DNA from: a virus
Taxonomy: Duplodnaviria > Caudoviricetes
Direction: 5' to 3' (one strand)
IMG/VR virus record: IMGVR_UViG_3300031577_000001
Coordinates: 1 to 59,227 of that record
DNA length: 59,227 nucleotides
Shown: positions 16,663 to 26,829 of the stretch, piece after piece
Layout of the letters: the number at the start of each line of letters is the position of its first letter
Position numbering within the stretch: the stretch's first letter is position 1
Notes under the pieces: model-generated
The model's input: the letters and a program-made list of their open reading frames with translations, nothing else
What the model was told of the DNA's origin: nothing
Database searches by the model: none
Translations under genes and position numbers: made by a program

Positions 16663-17979
16663 ATGGCAAGGGCTTACTATGGTTCGAGAATTAGCCCGAA
16701 CCAGACTAAGACACCCGAGGGCTATCTAGTGTGCCACAACGTGCCAATTGGCAAAGCTGGTTGGCTGGAATATATGCCCCATGAACTGGGAGCCTTGAAT
16801 ATACAAGGTAATGATCCGGTTCAAGTAGATCGAAGAGAAGATGAAGTATTCAACCCGGCGGCAATAGCCTCATTTGAAGGAAAACCAGTAACCGACGAAC
16901 ATCCTCCTGATTGGATTTCACCCTCTAACGTTAATGCCTATATGAAGGGCGTTACGACTAACGTTAGGCGGGGAACCGATTCGGAGGATGATTTGTTACT
17001 GGCTGATTTAATTATCTACGATCCTACGCTAATTAGTGAGATCCAAACTGGTAAGCGTGAGGTATCAGGTGGATATGATTACGACTGCGAACCTTTAGAG
17101 GATGGTAAATACGCCCAAAAAAATATTAGAGGCAATCATGTTGCAATTGTAAGGTCGGGCAGAGCTGGCCCTAGAGTCGCAGTCAAAGACTCAAAACCAA
17201 AAAACGAAAGGGGAACCAAAATGAAAAGTAATTCCAGAGAAACAATCTGGGGTAAGATGTTCAAGGCATACGCACAAGATGCAGAACCCGAAGAACTTGC
17301 CGAAGCATCTAAACTTATGCATGAGAAAAAAGAGGGCGAAGACGCAGAACCGCCGTGTGTAAAACCCGTTGCCGGTAAAGATGGAGAGCCACCGCAAGAT
17401 CACTCAGAAGCAGCTGAGGGCGCTATTTTTAAAGAAATTCTTGAGGCTATCAAAGTAATGCAAGCGGATATTGCAGAGCTGAAGTCAGCTAAAGCCGCGC
17501 CGGAACCAGCCAAAGACGCTCTTACCTCGCTAGAAGAAGAACTTGGCGGCGGTGAACAACCTTACGCCGAAGGGGAAATAGAAGGAAATGTTCATGAAGT
17601 AGATCCGCTTACCAATGATGAAAGCGTTACCATTGATCCGGAGTTATTAGCCGCCGATGGAGAGCCGCAAGTAATAAAGTTGCCGAAGACTTCCGCTGTA
17701 GATAATGCCGCGGCTGTAAGAATGGCAATCAAAGCCGCTAAACCTGTGGTCGGCGCGATCAAAGACCCGGCTGACCGCAAAAGGGCACAGGATGCATTGG
17801 CTAAAAGCTTTAGAGAACAACTAAAAGCTGCTCCTTCTGATGCATATAAAAAAATGGCTACTCCTCCTAAACCATCGGCTAAAGCTCAAGATTCCAAGTC
17901 CATTAAGGAAGAAGAAGAACGAGCTATAGGCGAAAACTGGAAGAAAAAATACAATCCTCATTATAAAGAAAATAAATAA
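16663..17979 (+). CDS. DUF2213 prohead protease/scaffold
   Basis: TPEGYL.C, SFEGKPVT.EHP, REVS.GY, GNHVAIV..GRAG. Confidence 0.9.
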   Translation: MARAYYGSRISPNQTKTPEGYLVCHNVPIGKAGWLEYMPHELGALNIQGNDPVQVDRREDEVFNPAAIASFEGKPVTDEHPPDWISPSNVNAYMKGVTTNVRRGTDSEDDLLLADLIIYDPTLISEIQTGKREVSGGYDYDCEPLEDGKYAQKNIRGNHVAIVRSGRAGPRVAVKDSKPKNERGTKMKSNSRETIWGKMFKAYAQDAEPEELAEASKLMHEKKEGEDAEPPCVKPVAGKDGEPPQDHSEAAEGAIFKEILEAIKVMQADIAELKSAKAAPEPAKDALTSLEEELGGGEQPYAEGEIEGNVHEVDPLTNDESVTIDPELLAADGEPQVIKLPKTSAVDNAAAVRMAIKAAKPVVGAIKDPADRKRAQDALAKSFREQLKAAPSDAYKKMATPPKPSAKAQDSKSIKEEEERAIGENWKKKYNPHYKENK

Positions 17980-17993
17980 GGAGACGTGATAAT

Positions 17994-18506
17994 ATGCCAG
18001 GACAAGCAATAGGGACTACTTTCAATATCGGTTATCCCGGTTCGGTTTCTAAATCACCGGATACAATCATACGAAACGCCGCAGTACTTAGTACTGATAC
18101 GACCGGCCCTAGTTTTGGGGATCCGGTCGTTTTAAATTCCGATAACACAGTAAGCAAAGCAAGTGCAACTACCACGGCGGCGACCTTCAAAGGTATCGCA
18201 ATTCGTGAAGTCAAGCAAACTGCTGATTATTATACCAATGCTGGGGCCTATCTGCCGGGACAAGCTTGCGATTTCATTACTCGCGGCGAGGTTTGCGTAA
18301 CTTGCCAGTCAGGTACTCCAACTGCGGGTAGCACGGTCTACCTTCGCACAGTGGCCGGTACTCTTGCTACGGCTGTCGGTGGGTTTGAAGCGGCGTCTGC
18401 TAGTGATGGTGGTACTACCGTAGCGCTAACTAATGCCGTATGGACTACCGGGAAAATTGATTCTAATCTCACGGCTGAAATAACTATTCTAAGCCGTCAG
18501 GCATAA
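17994..18506 (+). CDS. Capsid decoration/cement protein
   Basis: GYPG, FG.PV motifs; between DUF2213 and major capsid. Confidence 0.75.
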   Translation: MPGQAIGTTFNIGYPGSVSKSPDTIIRNAAVLSTDTTGPSFGDPVVLNSDNTVSKASATTTAATFKGIAIREVKQTADYYTNAGAYLPGQACDFITRGEVCVTCQSGTPTAGSTVYLRTVAGTLATAVGGFEAASASDGGTTVALTNAVWTTGKIDSNLTAEITILSRQA

Positions 18507-18522
18507 GGGAGGAAGATGAATA

Positions 18523-19530
18523 ATGAAAAAATCTGATGCAAGCGCCCCAATCGTAACTATGGATGTCCCAGCCTCCCTTAGAGCACAAGACGCTGCTACT
18601 TCGGGCGGTATGGCATTTCTAGTAGGTGAACTAGAAAAACGCGATCCCAAACTTCGTGAACCACTAACAAGTGTTACCTATCCCCGCGATATTGTCGTTA
18701 AAACTGGTGGCGGCTGGGTAGAAAACACGTCAGCATATAACGTTAGCTACGCTACGGCTGGCGGCGCTGATGGTGGTATTATCAATGGTGAAACCAATAA
18801 TATTCCCATCATGCAAGCTGATATTGGCAAGGATATTTTTAAGGTGTTCTCTTGGAGTCATATCTTAAAAGTACCGTTCCTTGACCAAGCTAAATTGCAG
18901 ACAATTGGCCGCTCGCTTGATGATATTCTGGACAAAGGTATTCGTCTAAACCATGACAAGACACTGGATCGAAACGTCTATTTAGGGTTTCCTAATTATG
19001 GGGCTTATGGCATTGTCAATAATCCTAACGTGACTATTGTTTCCGCTGCTACTGGTGCATCTTCTAGCACTCTATGGACGAATAAAACTCCTGATGAAAT
19101 ACTTGCTGATGTGAACACCGCAATGCTTACGACCTGGGAAAATTCACAATATGACCTGTCCGGTATGGCAAACCACATTCTTGTTCCGCCTGCGCAATAC
19201 GCTATGATGGTTCGGCAGAAAGTTAGTACTGCTGGTGACATATCAATCTTGAGTTTCTTATTGGATAACAATATCGGTAAAGATCAGGGCGTTGATCTGT
19301 TTATTGGCCCTTGCCGGTGGTGCATCGGCGCAGGCGCAAGCTCTACAGATAGGATGGTAGCATATGCAAATAATGAGGACAAGGTTCGTATACATGAGAC
19401 TGTTCCTCTTCAAAGAGCGATGACTAACCCCTCGGTAGAGCATCTAGCGTATCTAACAGCTTATTGTGCCCAATTTAGCCAGCCCGAAATTCTTTACTTA
19501 CAACCGTTTTTATATACTGATGGCATTTGA
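18523..19530 (+). CDS. Major capsid protein (DUF2184)
   Basis: FL..ELE..DP.L.EPL, W..KTPDEIL.D.N motifs; synteny. Confidence 0.9.
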   Translation: MKKSDASAPIVTMDVPASLRAQDAATSGGMAFLVGELEKRDPKLREPLTSVTYPRDIVVKTGGGWVENTSAYNVSYATAGGADGGIINGETNNIPIMQADIGKDIFKVFSWSHILKVPFLDQAKLQTIGRSLDDILDKGIRLNHDKTLDRNVYLGFPNYGAYGIVNNPNVTIVSAATGASSSTLWTNKTPDEILADVNTAMLTTWENSQYDLSGMANHILVPPAQYAMMVRQKVSTAGDISILSFLLDNNIGKDQGVDLFIGPCRWCIGAGASSTDRMVAYANNEDKVRIHETVPLQRAMTNPSVEHLAYLTAYCAQFSQPEILYLQPFLYTDGI

Positions 19531-19552
19531 ATAAATAAAGGGAGAATATTAC

Positions 19553-19825
19553 ATGAGAATATTTGCTAAAAAAGCATTTAAATTTATTAATGGGGGAGAT
19601 AGCTTTACAGCTACTCCCCTTGCCTTTTCTAGTGCTCCTGACTGGATTAAAACCGATAATCTGTATAAATGGGCCGTAGCTGATGGAGATATTGAGGTTA
19701 TCAATAGTAAACAGGATGAGATAAAAGCAGAACTTGAAGCCAGCCAATTACCCACGGCTACCGATGAAACCGCCGATATATCGAATGAAGATATTGACTC
19801 CGCGCAAAAATCCGGTAAAAAATAA
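19553..19825 (+). CDS. Post-capsid hypothetical protein
   Basis: PDW........AV.DG.I pattern; synteny. Confidence 0.65.
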   Translation: MRIFAKKAFKFINGGDSFTATPLAFSSAPDWIKTDNLYKWAVADGDIEVINSKQDEIKAELEASQLPTATDETADISNEDIDSAQKSGKK

Positions 19826-20580
19826 TGCCCAATGATGATGTAGTCGATCTCGACAACCTAATAAATATAGGTAATGTCGCAAATGACGTAGTTGATTCGG
19901 TTGGTAGCCTAATTGATCGAGCGTCAAATCTGCGTGTTGGAACAAATCCAACCTATGCATTGTCAACGTTTCTCGACATGTATCCGGCCTTTGCCGGGCC
20001 GGTCAAGAAATCCACTAACATCTCTACTACCGGAACATTAGTGGTTGATAGCAATGCAATAACTGCAATCCCTTCAACAAGTAGCTTAGCGGTTGGAATT
20101 TATGTTTCAGGTACCGGGATTCCTGCATGGGCTACAATTACCGCGATAACCGACTCCACTTCAATCACAATTAGCGATACTGCTACCGTGGCTGGAACAA
20201 CAGTGGCCTTAACTTTTGTCACTCCCGCAATTTCCAAAACGGCTTTAGCTATGTATCTTACAATAGCCTTGAATTGCTTACAAAAAGCACGTTGGAAAGG
20301 TATGTGGGAGATCGGTATATCCTTGTTTATAGCCCATTTCGCCACATTGCAGCTTCAAGCTACTAACGTCCCAATGGGAACAGCTAGCCAACTTGTAGCA
20401 GCAGGAAAGGCGTTAGGGTTAAATACTAGCAAGTCTGTCGGTGATGTGTCCGCGGGATATGACTACTCTATGATGTCCAATAACTTTGGCCGGTGGGGAT
20501 CATGGAATTTGACACTGTATGGACAGCAACTTATTACAATGGCTAACCTACTTGGGAAGGCGGGCATGTATGTCTATTAA
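19825..20580 (+). CDS. Head-tail adaptor (DUF4054) with inserted beta domain
   Basis: F...YP.F, LFIAH, SKSVGDVS..YD, WNLT.YGQQ. Confidence 0.8.
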   Translation: MPNDDVVDLDNLINIGNVANDVVDSVGSLIDRASNLRVGTNPTYALSTFLDMYPAFAGPVKKSTNISTTGTLVVDSNAITAIPSTSSLAVGIYVSGTGIPAWATITAITDSTSITISDTATVAGTTVALTFVTPAISKTALAMYLTIALNCLQKARWKGMWEIGISLFIAHFATLQLQATNVPMGTASQLVAAGKALGLNTSKSVGDVSAGYDYSMMSNNFGRWGSWNLTLYGQQLITMANLLGKAGMYVY

Positions 20581-21061
20581 AGGCACAGCTACATCAACTT
20601 CGTCAGGTATGGGCATGGCTGGGTTAGCAGCTAATATAAAAAAACTAGCTAACAAAGAAGTTTATGTTGGGATTCCTGCCGAGAAAAGTTCTCGCCCGGG
20701 TGAACCTATAAACAACGCTGAGTTGTTATATATTCAAAGTAAAGGCTCTGAGTTGCAACATATCCCGGCGCGGCCAGTATTGGAGCCGTCTATTGATAAG
20801 AACAAAGTCGCCATATCTAAAAATCTTACCAAAGCTCTATCTGAAGGCATGGCAGGTAATTTTGATAGTGCTATGCAGGAGTTAGAAAAGGCGGGGATTG
20901 TAGCATCCCAGGGAGCAAAAATGTATATCACTGATCCTGGATATAAAGGTACGATCCCTGATGCGCCTGCTACTATAGCCAAAAAAGGTAGCGATGTTCC
21001 CCTAATTGACACTGGGGCAATGCGGAACGCCATTACCTATGTGGTGGGTGATAAAAAGTGA
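20570..21061 (+). CDS. Neck protein
   Basis: VGIP, IPARP.L, TI..KG...PLIDTG.MR.AITYVV. Confidence 0.8.
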   Translation: MSIKGTATSTSSGMGMAGLAANIKKLANKEVYVGIPAEKSSRPGEPINNAELLYIQSKGSELQHIPARPVLEPSIDKNKVAISKNLTKALSEGMAGNFDSAMQELEKAGIVASQGAKMYITDPGYKGTIPDAPATIAKKGSDVPLIDTGAMRNAITYVVGDKK

Positions 21062-21426
21062 TAAATGTAGCAGATCTTATCGAAGACCCAGACTTCGCTC
21101 AGGAATACACGGTTTATCGAAATACAGTTACGTCTAGCGGTGGTAGGGATACCGTCGTAGAAACTACTCTTGACTTCTACGGCGTGGTTATTGCCGCAAA
21201 TACTCAGGACATTCAGGCGATACCCGAAGCAGATAGAGTTTCCGGCATGATGATTTTTTACTCAACTGCCGATAATCCTCTATACCTTACGAGAAATACT
21301 TCTGGTAGTGCCGGTACTTCAGACCAAATACTCTGGAACGGTGAACGCTATAAATTGATATCAGTTAACCTATTTTCGGATTGGGGTTATTACAAATCTG
21401 TGGGCGTAAGAACCAAGGGGGCTTAG
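21058..21426 (+). CDS. Head closure / head-tail adaptor
   Basis: INV...I.DPDF, D...W.G..Y pattern; synteny. Confidence 0.7.
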   Translation: MINVADLIEDPDFAQEYTVYRNTVTSSGGRDTVVETTLDFYGVVIAANTQDIQAIPEADRVSGMMIFYSTADNPLYLTRNTSGSAGTSDQILWNGERYKLISVNLFSDWGYYKSVGVRTKGA

Positions 21427-21427
21427 A

Positions 21428-22021
21428 ATGGCAGACGTATATCTTACATTAACTGAACTAGAAAACCTGTTTTGGAACAATACTGCGCTGATGCTTAGCC
21501 TTGACCCTTCATTAGCGACAACCTCAGAAATTGTTAAAATATCGTGGCCTACTGCCGGGACTCCTGCGTGGGAGATAACCGAAGATCGGGTGTTTATCCG
21601 AGTAGGCGAAAAAGACGACGATTACAATATTTTACGTGATATAGCCTATACTGAGCAAGACAGCGCGACCGCCACGGAATCAACGGCCCAGACAAGAGTT
21701 GTTCATGTTCATTGGGTTTGCTATGGACCTAATGCCTACGATAATGCCTTTACAATTAGACGGAACCTATATAATTCGGCTTACCGCGAGAAATTAGCGG
21801 TGAGCTATATTTATGTTATCCCTCAAATAGCGACTCCAATTAGACAGCCCGAATTATTCGCATCTCAATGGTGGGAGAGAACGGATATTGAAGCAGATTT
21901 TAATGAATTAGTTAAATTTGAGCAAGATGTAGCATACCTGCAAACTGCTACTATTTCTGCCAGCTCAGAGACTAAAACGCTTACCGATAATGTAACCAGT
22001 TCATCGCTGGTACATGATTAA
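21428..22021 (+). CDS. Tail terminator / completion protein
   Basis: YGPNA.D.A, WWER.D motifs; precedes sheath. Confidence 0.7.
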   Translation: MADVYLTLTELENLFWNNTALMLSLDPSLATTSEIVKISWPTAGTPAWEITEDRVFIRVGEKDDDYNILRDIAYTEQDSATATESTAQTRVVHVHWVCYGPNAYDNAFTIRRNLYNSAYREKLAVSYIYVIPQIATPIRQPELFASQWWERTDIEADFNELVKFEQDVAYLQTATISASSETKTLTDNVTSSSLVHD

Positions 22022-22041
22022 CAATAGAAAGGGGTGTTTAG

Positions 22042-23172
22042 ATGTCTTCAACTTTACCATTAAGCCCGATAGTAGATGTCACTGTAACAGTAACGCCACT
22101 AGCGGCTACACGGCGGGATTTTAATCAAGGCCTGATAATTGGGCCGAGCACAGTAATTTCCACCACTGATCGAATAGCCGAGTACTACACAACATCCGCA
22201 ATGAAAAGTGATGGTTTTACAACGACTTCGCCGGAGTATTTAGCGGCGGAGATATATTTTTCTCAGGACCCGGCACCGGATCGGGTATGGATTGGGTGTA
22301 AAGGATCAAGCGAAACATGGGTTGCTGCTGTAGAGGCATGCCGAGAAGCTAATACTGATTGGTACACCTGCACCTGTGTAGCGTTGGCGAGTGATACCAC
22401 TAATGTTATTGCAGATACTGACCATGAGGCTATAGCGCTTTACGTAGAGTCTTGTACGCCCACGACAACCTACTTTTTCCGAACCGATGAATCGGCAGTA
22501 TTAACAGCTACCGCCGGTAACATATTCGAGACATTAGCAGGCCTAGATTATGACCGGACGTTGGGAATGTATTCCGCATCGATCTATGCCGCGGTGGCCT
22601 TAATGGGTTACGCAATGGGACAAAATACGGGACTTGCGAATTCGGCCTACACGCTAAAATTTAAGACACTTACAGGTATTACCGTGGATACCCTTACTGC
22701 AACACAGGTCTCAAAAATCGAAGGTAACTATGGCAATGTATATATAAACCGGGGTTATTACTATGACATGTTTGAACAAGGGTACATGGCCTCAGGTAGT
22801 TTTTTTGATGAAATTATCAATATTGATATGCTAGTCAATGATTTGCAGTTAAATTGCATGGACGTATTATATGCCCTGCCTAAAGTTCCGCAGACTGAGG
22901 CTGGTATGACGTTATTGATTAATGCTTGTAACTCGGCATGCGCTTCGGCTGTTACACGGGGATACCTTGCACCGGGGACGTGGAATGGGAGCGCTCTCTT
23001 AGACTTAGCTGTTGGGGATACCTTATCTTTAGGCTACCTGGTCCAATCTGAAGCTATTGCCGATCAAACTGAAGCTAATAGGCAAGCGCGTATTGCTCCG
23101 CCTATCTATGTAGCCGTTAAAGAGGCAGGGGCTGTCCACAGCATGACCATAGGCGTATATGTTAATCAGTAG
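22042..23172 (+). CDS. Tail sheath protein (DUF3383)
   Basis: EY.AA..YF.Q.P.P, KVPQT..G, AGAVH motifs. Confidence 0.9.
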   Translation: MSSTLPLSPIVDVTVTVTPLAATRRDFNQGLIIGPSTVISTTDRIAEYYTTSAMKSDGFTTTSPEYLAAEIYFSQDPAPDRVWIGCKGSSETWVAAVEACREANTDWYTCTCVALASDTTNVIADTDHEAIALYVESCTPTTTYFFRTDESAVLTATAGNIFETLAGLDYDRTLGMYSASIYAAVALMGYAMGQNTGLANSAYTLKFKTLTGITVDTLTATQVSKIEGNYGNVYINRGYYYDMFEQGYMASGSFFDEIINIDMLVNDLQLNCMDVLYALPKVPQTEAGMTLLINACNSACASAVTRGYLAPGTWNGSALLDLAVGDTLSLGYLVQSEAIADQTEANRQARIAPPIYVAVKEAGAVHSMTIGVYVNQ

Positions 23173-23186
23173 AGGAGGTGTAATAA

Positions 23187-23627
23187 TTGGCTAGTCAAAC
23201 AACTTATTCCTTTCTTGATCTGTCCGGAGCTATTTCTCAATCATCTCTAGGCGCTTATACTTTTACCGGCGAGGGCGTTGGCGAAATCACTGTTAGTATG
23301 GCCACTGACAGAACCGTCCATGATACCGCCGCCGATGGCTCGGTAATGGTATCTAAAGTAGCTGGGGATAGCGGACATCTTACGGTATCTTGCCAGCAAA
23401 CGTCAACGGTCCATAAATGGTTACTTGCTTGGTATAACTACTTGGTTGCGGCAGGGACTGACGAATGGGCATCTACTACTATGTTATTGAACAATACCAC
23501 AGACGGTACAAGCCATGTAATCACTGGAGTTAGCCCTCAAAAGGTCCCTGACAAAGCCTATCAGGCTCAAGGTCAGCGGGTTAGTTGGGTACTAATGGCG
23601 GCAAGTATCTCTAGTATCGCAGTATAA
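23187..23627 (+). CDS. Tail tube protein
   Basis: TYSF.D, ADG..M.S...G..G.......QTS motifs; follows sheath. Confidence 0.85.
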   Translation: MASQTTYSFLDLSGAISQSSLGAYTFTGEGVGEITVSMATDRTVHDTAADGSVMVSKVAGDSGHLTVSCQQTSTVHKWLLAWYNYLVAAGTDEWASTTMLLNNTTDGTSHVITGVSPQKVPDKAYQAQGQRVSWVLMAASISSIAV

Positions 23628-23641
23628 AAGGAGATTTAAAA

Positions 23642-24109
23642 ATGGCTAAGCGCGAAGAATTTAAAATAGTTAATCTTGCTGGCCGGAAATGGCGCGTTGA
23701 AAAATTTGACGCGCTTACCGGAAGTTATATAGCATTTCAGATTATGAGTAAGATCATGCCAATGGGCCTAGATCCAAAATTAGGTGTAGATTTACCTGAG
23801 GGCCGAAGCATGATGAGCAAAAGCGAGTTCGCAGCACTGCAAAAGGACTGCTTGAGTGTCGTATATGAATTGGTTGACGCTAACGGAACTGAAATGCCCG
23901 TTAAACTAATGCTGGATAATGGAGTATGGGGCGTAGACGGGTTACAAAAGGACATGATTACTGTTATGTCGCTGACTATTACAGCTCTAGTGTTTAATAT
24001 TGCAAGTTTTTTCGAAGGAGACGCCTTGAAGGAATTAACGCAAACGTTTGCGGATATGTCCCTGCCAGGTGTTCAAACATTGATGAATATGCCTACGCCC
24101 CAGTTATAA
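23642..24109 (+). CDS. Tail assembly chaperone
   Basis: Between tube and tape measure; slippery T TTT TTC at 24007-24013. Confidence 0.8.
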   Translation: MAKREEFKIVNLAGRKWRVEKFDALTGSYIAFQIMSKIMPMGLDPKLGVDLPEGRSMMSKSEFAALQKDCLSVVYELVDANGTEMPVKLMLDNGVWGVDGLQKDMITVMSLTITALVFNIASFFEGDALKELTQTFADMSLPGVQTLMNMPTPQL

Positions 24110-24255
24110 ACGGCGATTGGCAGCAATGCCAGTTATGGAATGGAGATTATACATTCGATGATTTACTCGACTGGCATGAGATAGCTACTGTAAAGGCTGA
24201 AAACCAACGTCGTGCGCATGAATGGGAAGAAGCGCAACGAGAGGTGATAAGATGA
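24007..24255 (+). CDS. -1 frameshift extension of the tail chaperone (...YTFDDLLDWHEI...)
   Basis: -1 frame open from the heptamer to TGA 24253-24255, overlapping the tape-measure ATG. Confidence 0.75.
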   Translation, partial: FFRRRRLEGINANVCGYVPARCSNIDEYAYAPVINGDWQQCQLWNGDYTFDDLLDWHEIATVKAENQRRAHEWEEAQREVIR

Positions 24256-26378
24256 ATGGGCAGCAACTAGAAAGCTATTTAGTCGCCCTTGGGTTCAAGG
24301 TTGATTCATCAGAATTCAGCAAAGCCATAGGAGCTGTAAAGACCCTCGCTACCCAGATTCAGACCACCACATCTTCAATGACGAAAAGCTTTTCTACAGC
24401 AGCAGTCGGGATAACAGGAAGCATTACTGCGATCGCTACGGCTACTGCTGGATTAATTGACAGTACCGGGAAAGCTGATTTAGAGTATCAGAAATTGGCT
24501 TTAAGGCTATTTACTACTAAGCAGACAGCCAAAGACCTCAAGACTGTTATGGACGCTATGGGCGAACATGACATGAATCAGATTGCATGGATCCCTCAAT
24601 TACACGAAAACTTTCAAAACCTATTACAAACGGCTCACCAACTGCAAAGCGGACAAGGCGGCAATACTCAAGCCCTAAAAGATATCAATGCTATGCGCCT
24701 AGAAGTCCAGCGTTTAAAGCTGGAAATGACCTATGCTGGGCAGTCGATAAGTTACTATCTGGTTAAAGATTTAGAGGGCTTGGGGCTATTCAAGGGCGGC
24801 CTAAAAGGTATGAACGCATGGATCGTTCAAAACATGCCAATATGGACTAAAAAAGTCGCTGACCTTCTTGCACAACTTATCAAATTAGGGGTACAGGCGG
24901 GTAAAAGCGTTTCGCATATTGTCACTGTGCTTGAAAAGTTTTGGAAATCATTAACTAATGGCCAAAAAGAATTAGTTGAGCTGTTTGGTATTATCACTAT
25001 TTTTCTAACACGCGGTCCAACAGCAAAAATATTAGCAATTGTTGATGCGGTTTTACTTCTTCTGAACCATCTAAAGAAAACTGGTGAATTAAAACCGTTA
25101 CTTGATTGGTTTAGCACGGTTTGGGATGATGTTAAACAATCCTGGGATTCTTTCGTTGATGCAGTTATTCAATCTGGAATTCTTGAGTACTTTGACCATC
25201 TTGGCGGCAAGTTAGGCGAATTAGTATCTGTCTGGTGGAAAGAGTTCAAAGATGTTTACGGCAATCTAATTTCTGATATAGAATCATCGTTAGAAAAAGA
25301 TGGGGCCTGGACTGCTCTTTATAACTCCCTTGGAAAAGTCGGTGGCGCAATAGATTCGCTCATTGATGGATTTATAAGCGTTCTTAAGCAAATGGACCTA
25401 ATTGCTCAAAATGATTCCTTCCAAGGATTCTGGGCAACGCTTGGTAATGAATTATCCCGTGAGCTTAAAATTGTTGCGGCCTTTGTAAGCGCCTTAGCCG
25501 GAATTGGTAATACTGTCGGTTTATTAATGCAAGGTAAATTCATGGATGCGGCAGCGGCAGGATTTTCGATTGTTCCTCAACTGGCTTATGATTTATATAA
25601 TTCTAATTTTGGCAATGACAATGAAGCCGTCCCCTCTGCTGGTGGTACGGCAGGTAAAAGAGCTGGGAATAATCTTGGCGGTTCAACTCGAAGCTGGGGC
25701 GGATCAAGAAATTCCGCCGGCTCTTCTGAAAACGGACGGAATGGTTTAAGTGGCGGATATAATCCAGGATTCGGCAGCTACGGTAATTTTGGCAGTTATA
25801 TGAAAGGCGGCAGCGGTGGCGATACTGTTGGCCAACTCATGAATGCTATAGGCCAAAAGGAAAGCGGTGGCGATTACTACTCTCCTGCTCATATGGATAA
25901 TGGTTATTATAATCTAGGCGGCAAGTATCAAATCCTAGCTTCTAACTGGTCTAATTGGGCCGAGGAAGCCGGACTGTCAGGAGATGCAGCATATACTCCC
26001 GCCAATCAAGACACTGTTGCCAGATATAAAATACAGCAATATTGGAATCAGTATCATGACGCCTCTTTAGTTGCGGCGGCTTGGAATGGTGGCGGCGGTG
26101 GTGCAGAAAGCCTCCAAAAATATGGTTCAAGTTCATATGAAGCCGGATATGCATCTGATGTCGTTAGTAATATGAATGGTTCATACGCAAGCGGCGGCAG
26201 TAGCGGTGGAACTAATAATTATGGTGGAAATCTAACTGCTAGTTTTAATATTAACGTAACCGGCACCGATACCAACAATGCTCAGCAAATAGCCAACACG
26301 ATATCAAATACAATTAACCAAAAATTGGATATGCTTAATAGTCAATTAGTCAGGAATAATGCCGGAGTTTATGCTTAG
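24252..26378 (+). CDS. Tape measure protein with C-terminal lysozyme/transglycosylase-like domain
   Basis: YLV.LGF.VD N-terminus; AI.QKESGG.Y...GKYQI...W lytic motif. Confidence 0.88.
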   Translation: MNGQQLESYLVALGFKVDSSEFSKAIGAVKTLATQIQTTTSSMTKSFSTAAVGITGSITAIATATAGLIDSTGKADLEYQKLALRLFTTKQTAKDLKTVMDAMGEHDMNQIAWIPQLHENFQNLLQTAHQLQSGQGGNTQALKDINAMRLEVQRLKLEMTYAGQSISYYLVKDLEGLGLFKGGLKGMNAWIVQNMPIWTKKVADLLAQLIKLGVQAGKSVSHIVTVLEKFWKSLTNGQKELVELFGIITIFLTRGPTAKILAIVDAVLLLLNHLKKTGELKPLLDWFSTVWDDVKQSWDSFVDAVIQSGILEYFDHLGGKLGELVSVWWKEFKDVYGNLISDIESSLEKDGAWTALYNSLGKVGGAIDSLIDGFISVLKQMDLIAQNDSFQGFWATLGNELSRELKIVAAFVSALAGIGNTVGLLMQGKFMDAAAAGFSIVPQLAYDLYNSNFGNDNEAVPSAGGTAGKRAGNNLGGSTRSWGGSRNSAGSSENGRNGLSGGYNPGFGSYGNFGSYMKGGSGGDTVGQLMNAIGQKESGGDYYSPAHMDNGYYNLGGKYQILASNWSNWAEEAGLSGDAAYTPANQDTVARYKIQQYWNQYHDASLVAAAWNGGGGGAESLQKYGSSSYEAGYASDVVSNMNGSYASGGSSGGTNNYGGNLTASFNINVTGTDTNNAQQIANTISNTINQKLDMLNSQLVRNNAGVYA

Positions 26379-26389
26379 GGGGTGCTGTC

Positions 26390-26824
26390 ATAACAACATA
26401 TAGTTTCTCAGATTTGGCAGGTTCTATGAACCATCCCGTATTTGGCGCTTACTCGTTTGCCGGGACTGACGGAATAGGTGAAATAGGCGTTTCCATGACT
26501 GCCGATAGGTCTAGCCATGAAGTATCTGTAGACGGAAGCATCTTTCTAATGAAGATACCCGGCAACCACGGAACCGTATCAATAAGTTGCCACCAAACTT
26601 CACCTTTACACAAATGGTTGGTAAAGTGGTTTAATTACCTAACCGCATCAGATACAACAGATTTACAATGGGGTCGAACCACAATGTTATTAAAAAATAC
26701 CGCTGACGCTACTAGTCACACAATATCAGGCATAAGCCCTTTGAAGATTCCTGACAAGTCGTATCAAGCACAAGGCCAATATGTTGCATGGACCTTACTA
26801 GCCGCTAATATTGTCCACGCATAG
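26390..26824 (+). CDS. Second tail-tube paralog (probable ATA start)
   Basis: End-to-end similarity to 23187-23627; homology extends upstream of TTG 26414 to ATA 26390 after a GGGGGTG RBS. Confidence 0.8.
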   Translation: MTTYSFSDLAGSMNHPVFGAYSFAGTDGIGEIGVSMTADRSSHEVSVDGSIFLMKIPGNHGTVSISCHQTSPLHKWLVKWFNYLTASDTTDLQWGRTTMLLKNTADATSHTISGISPLKIPDKSYQAQGQYVAWTLLAANIVHA

Positions 26825-26829
26825 GAGGT

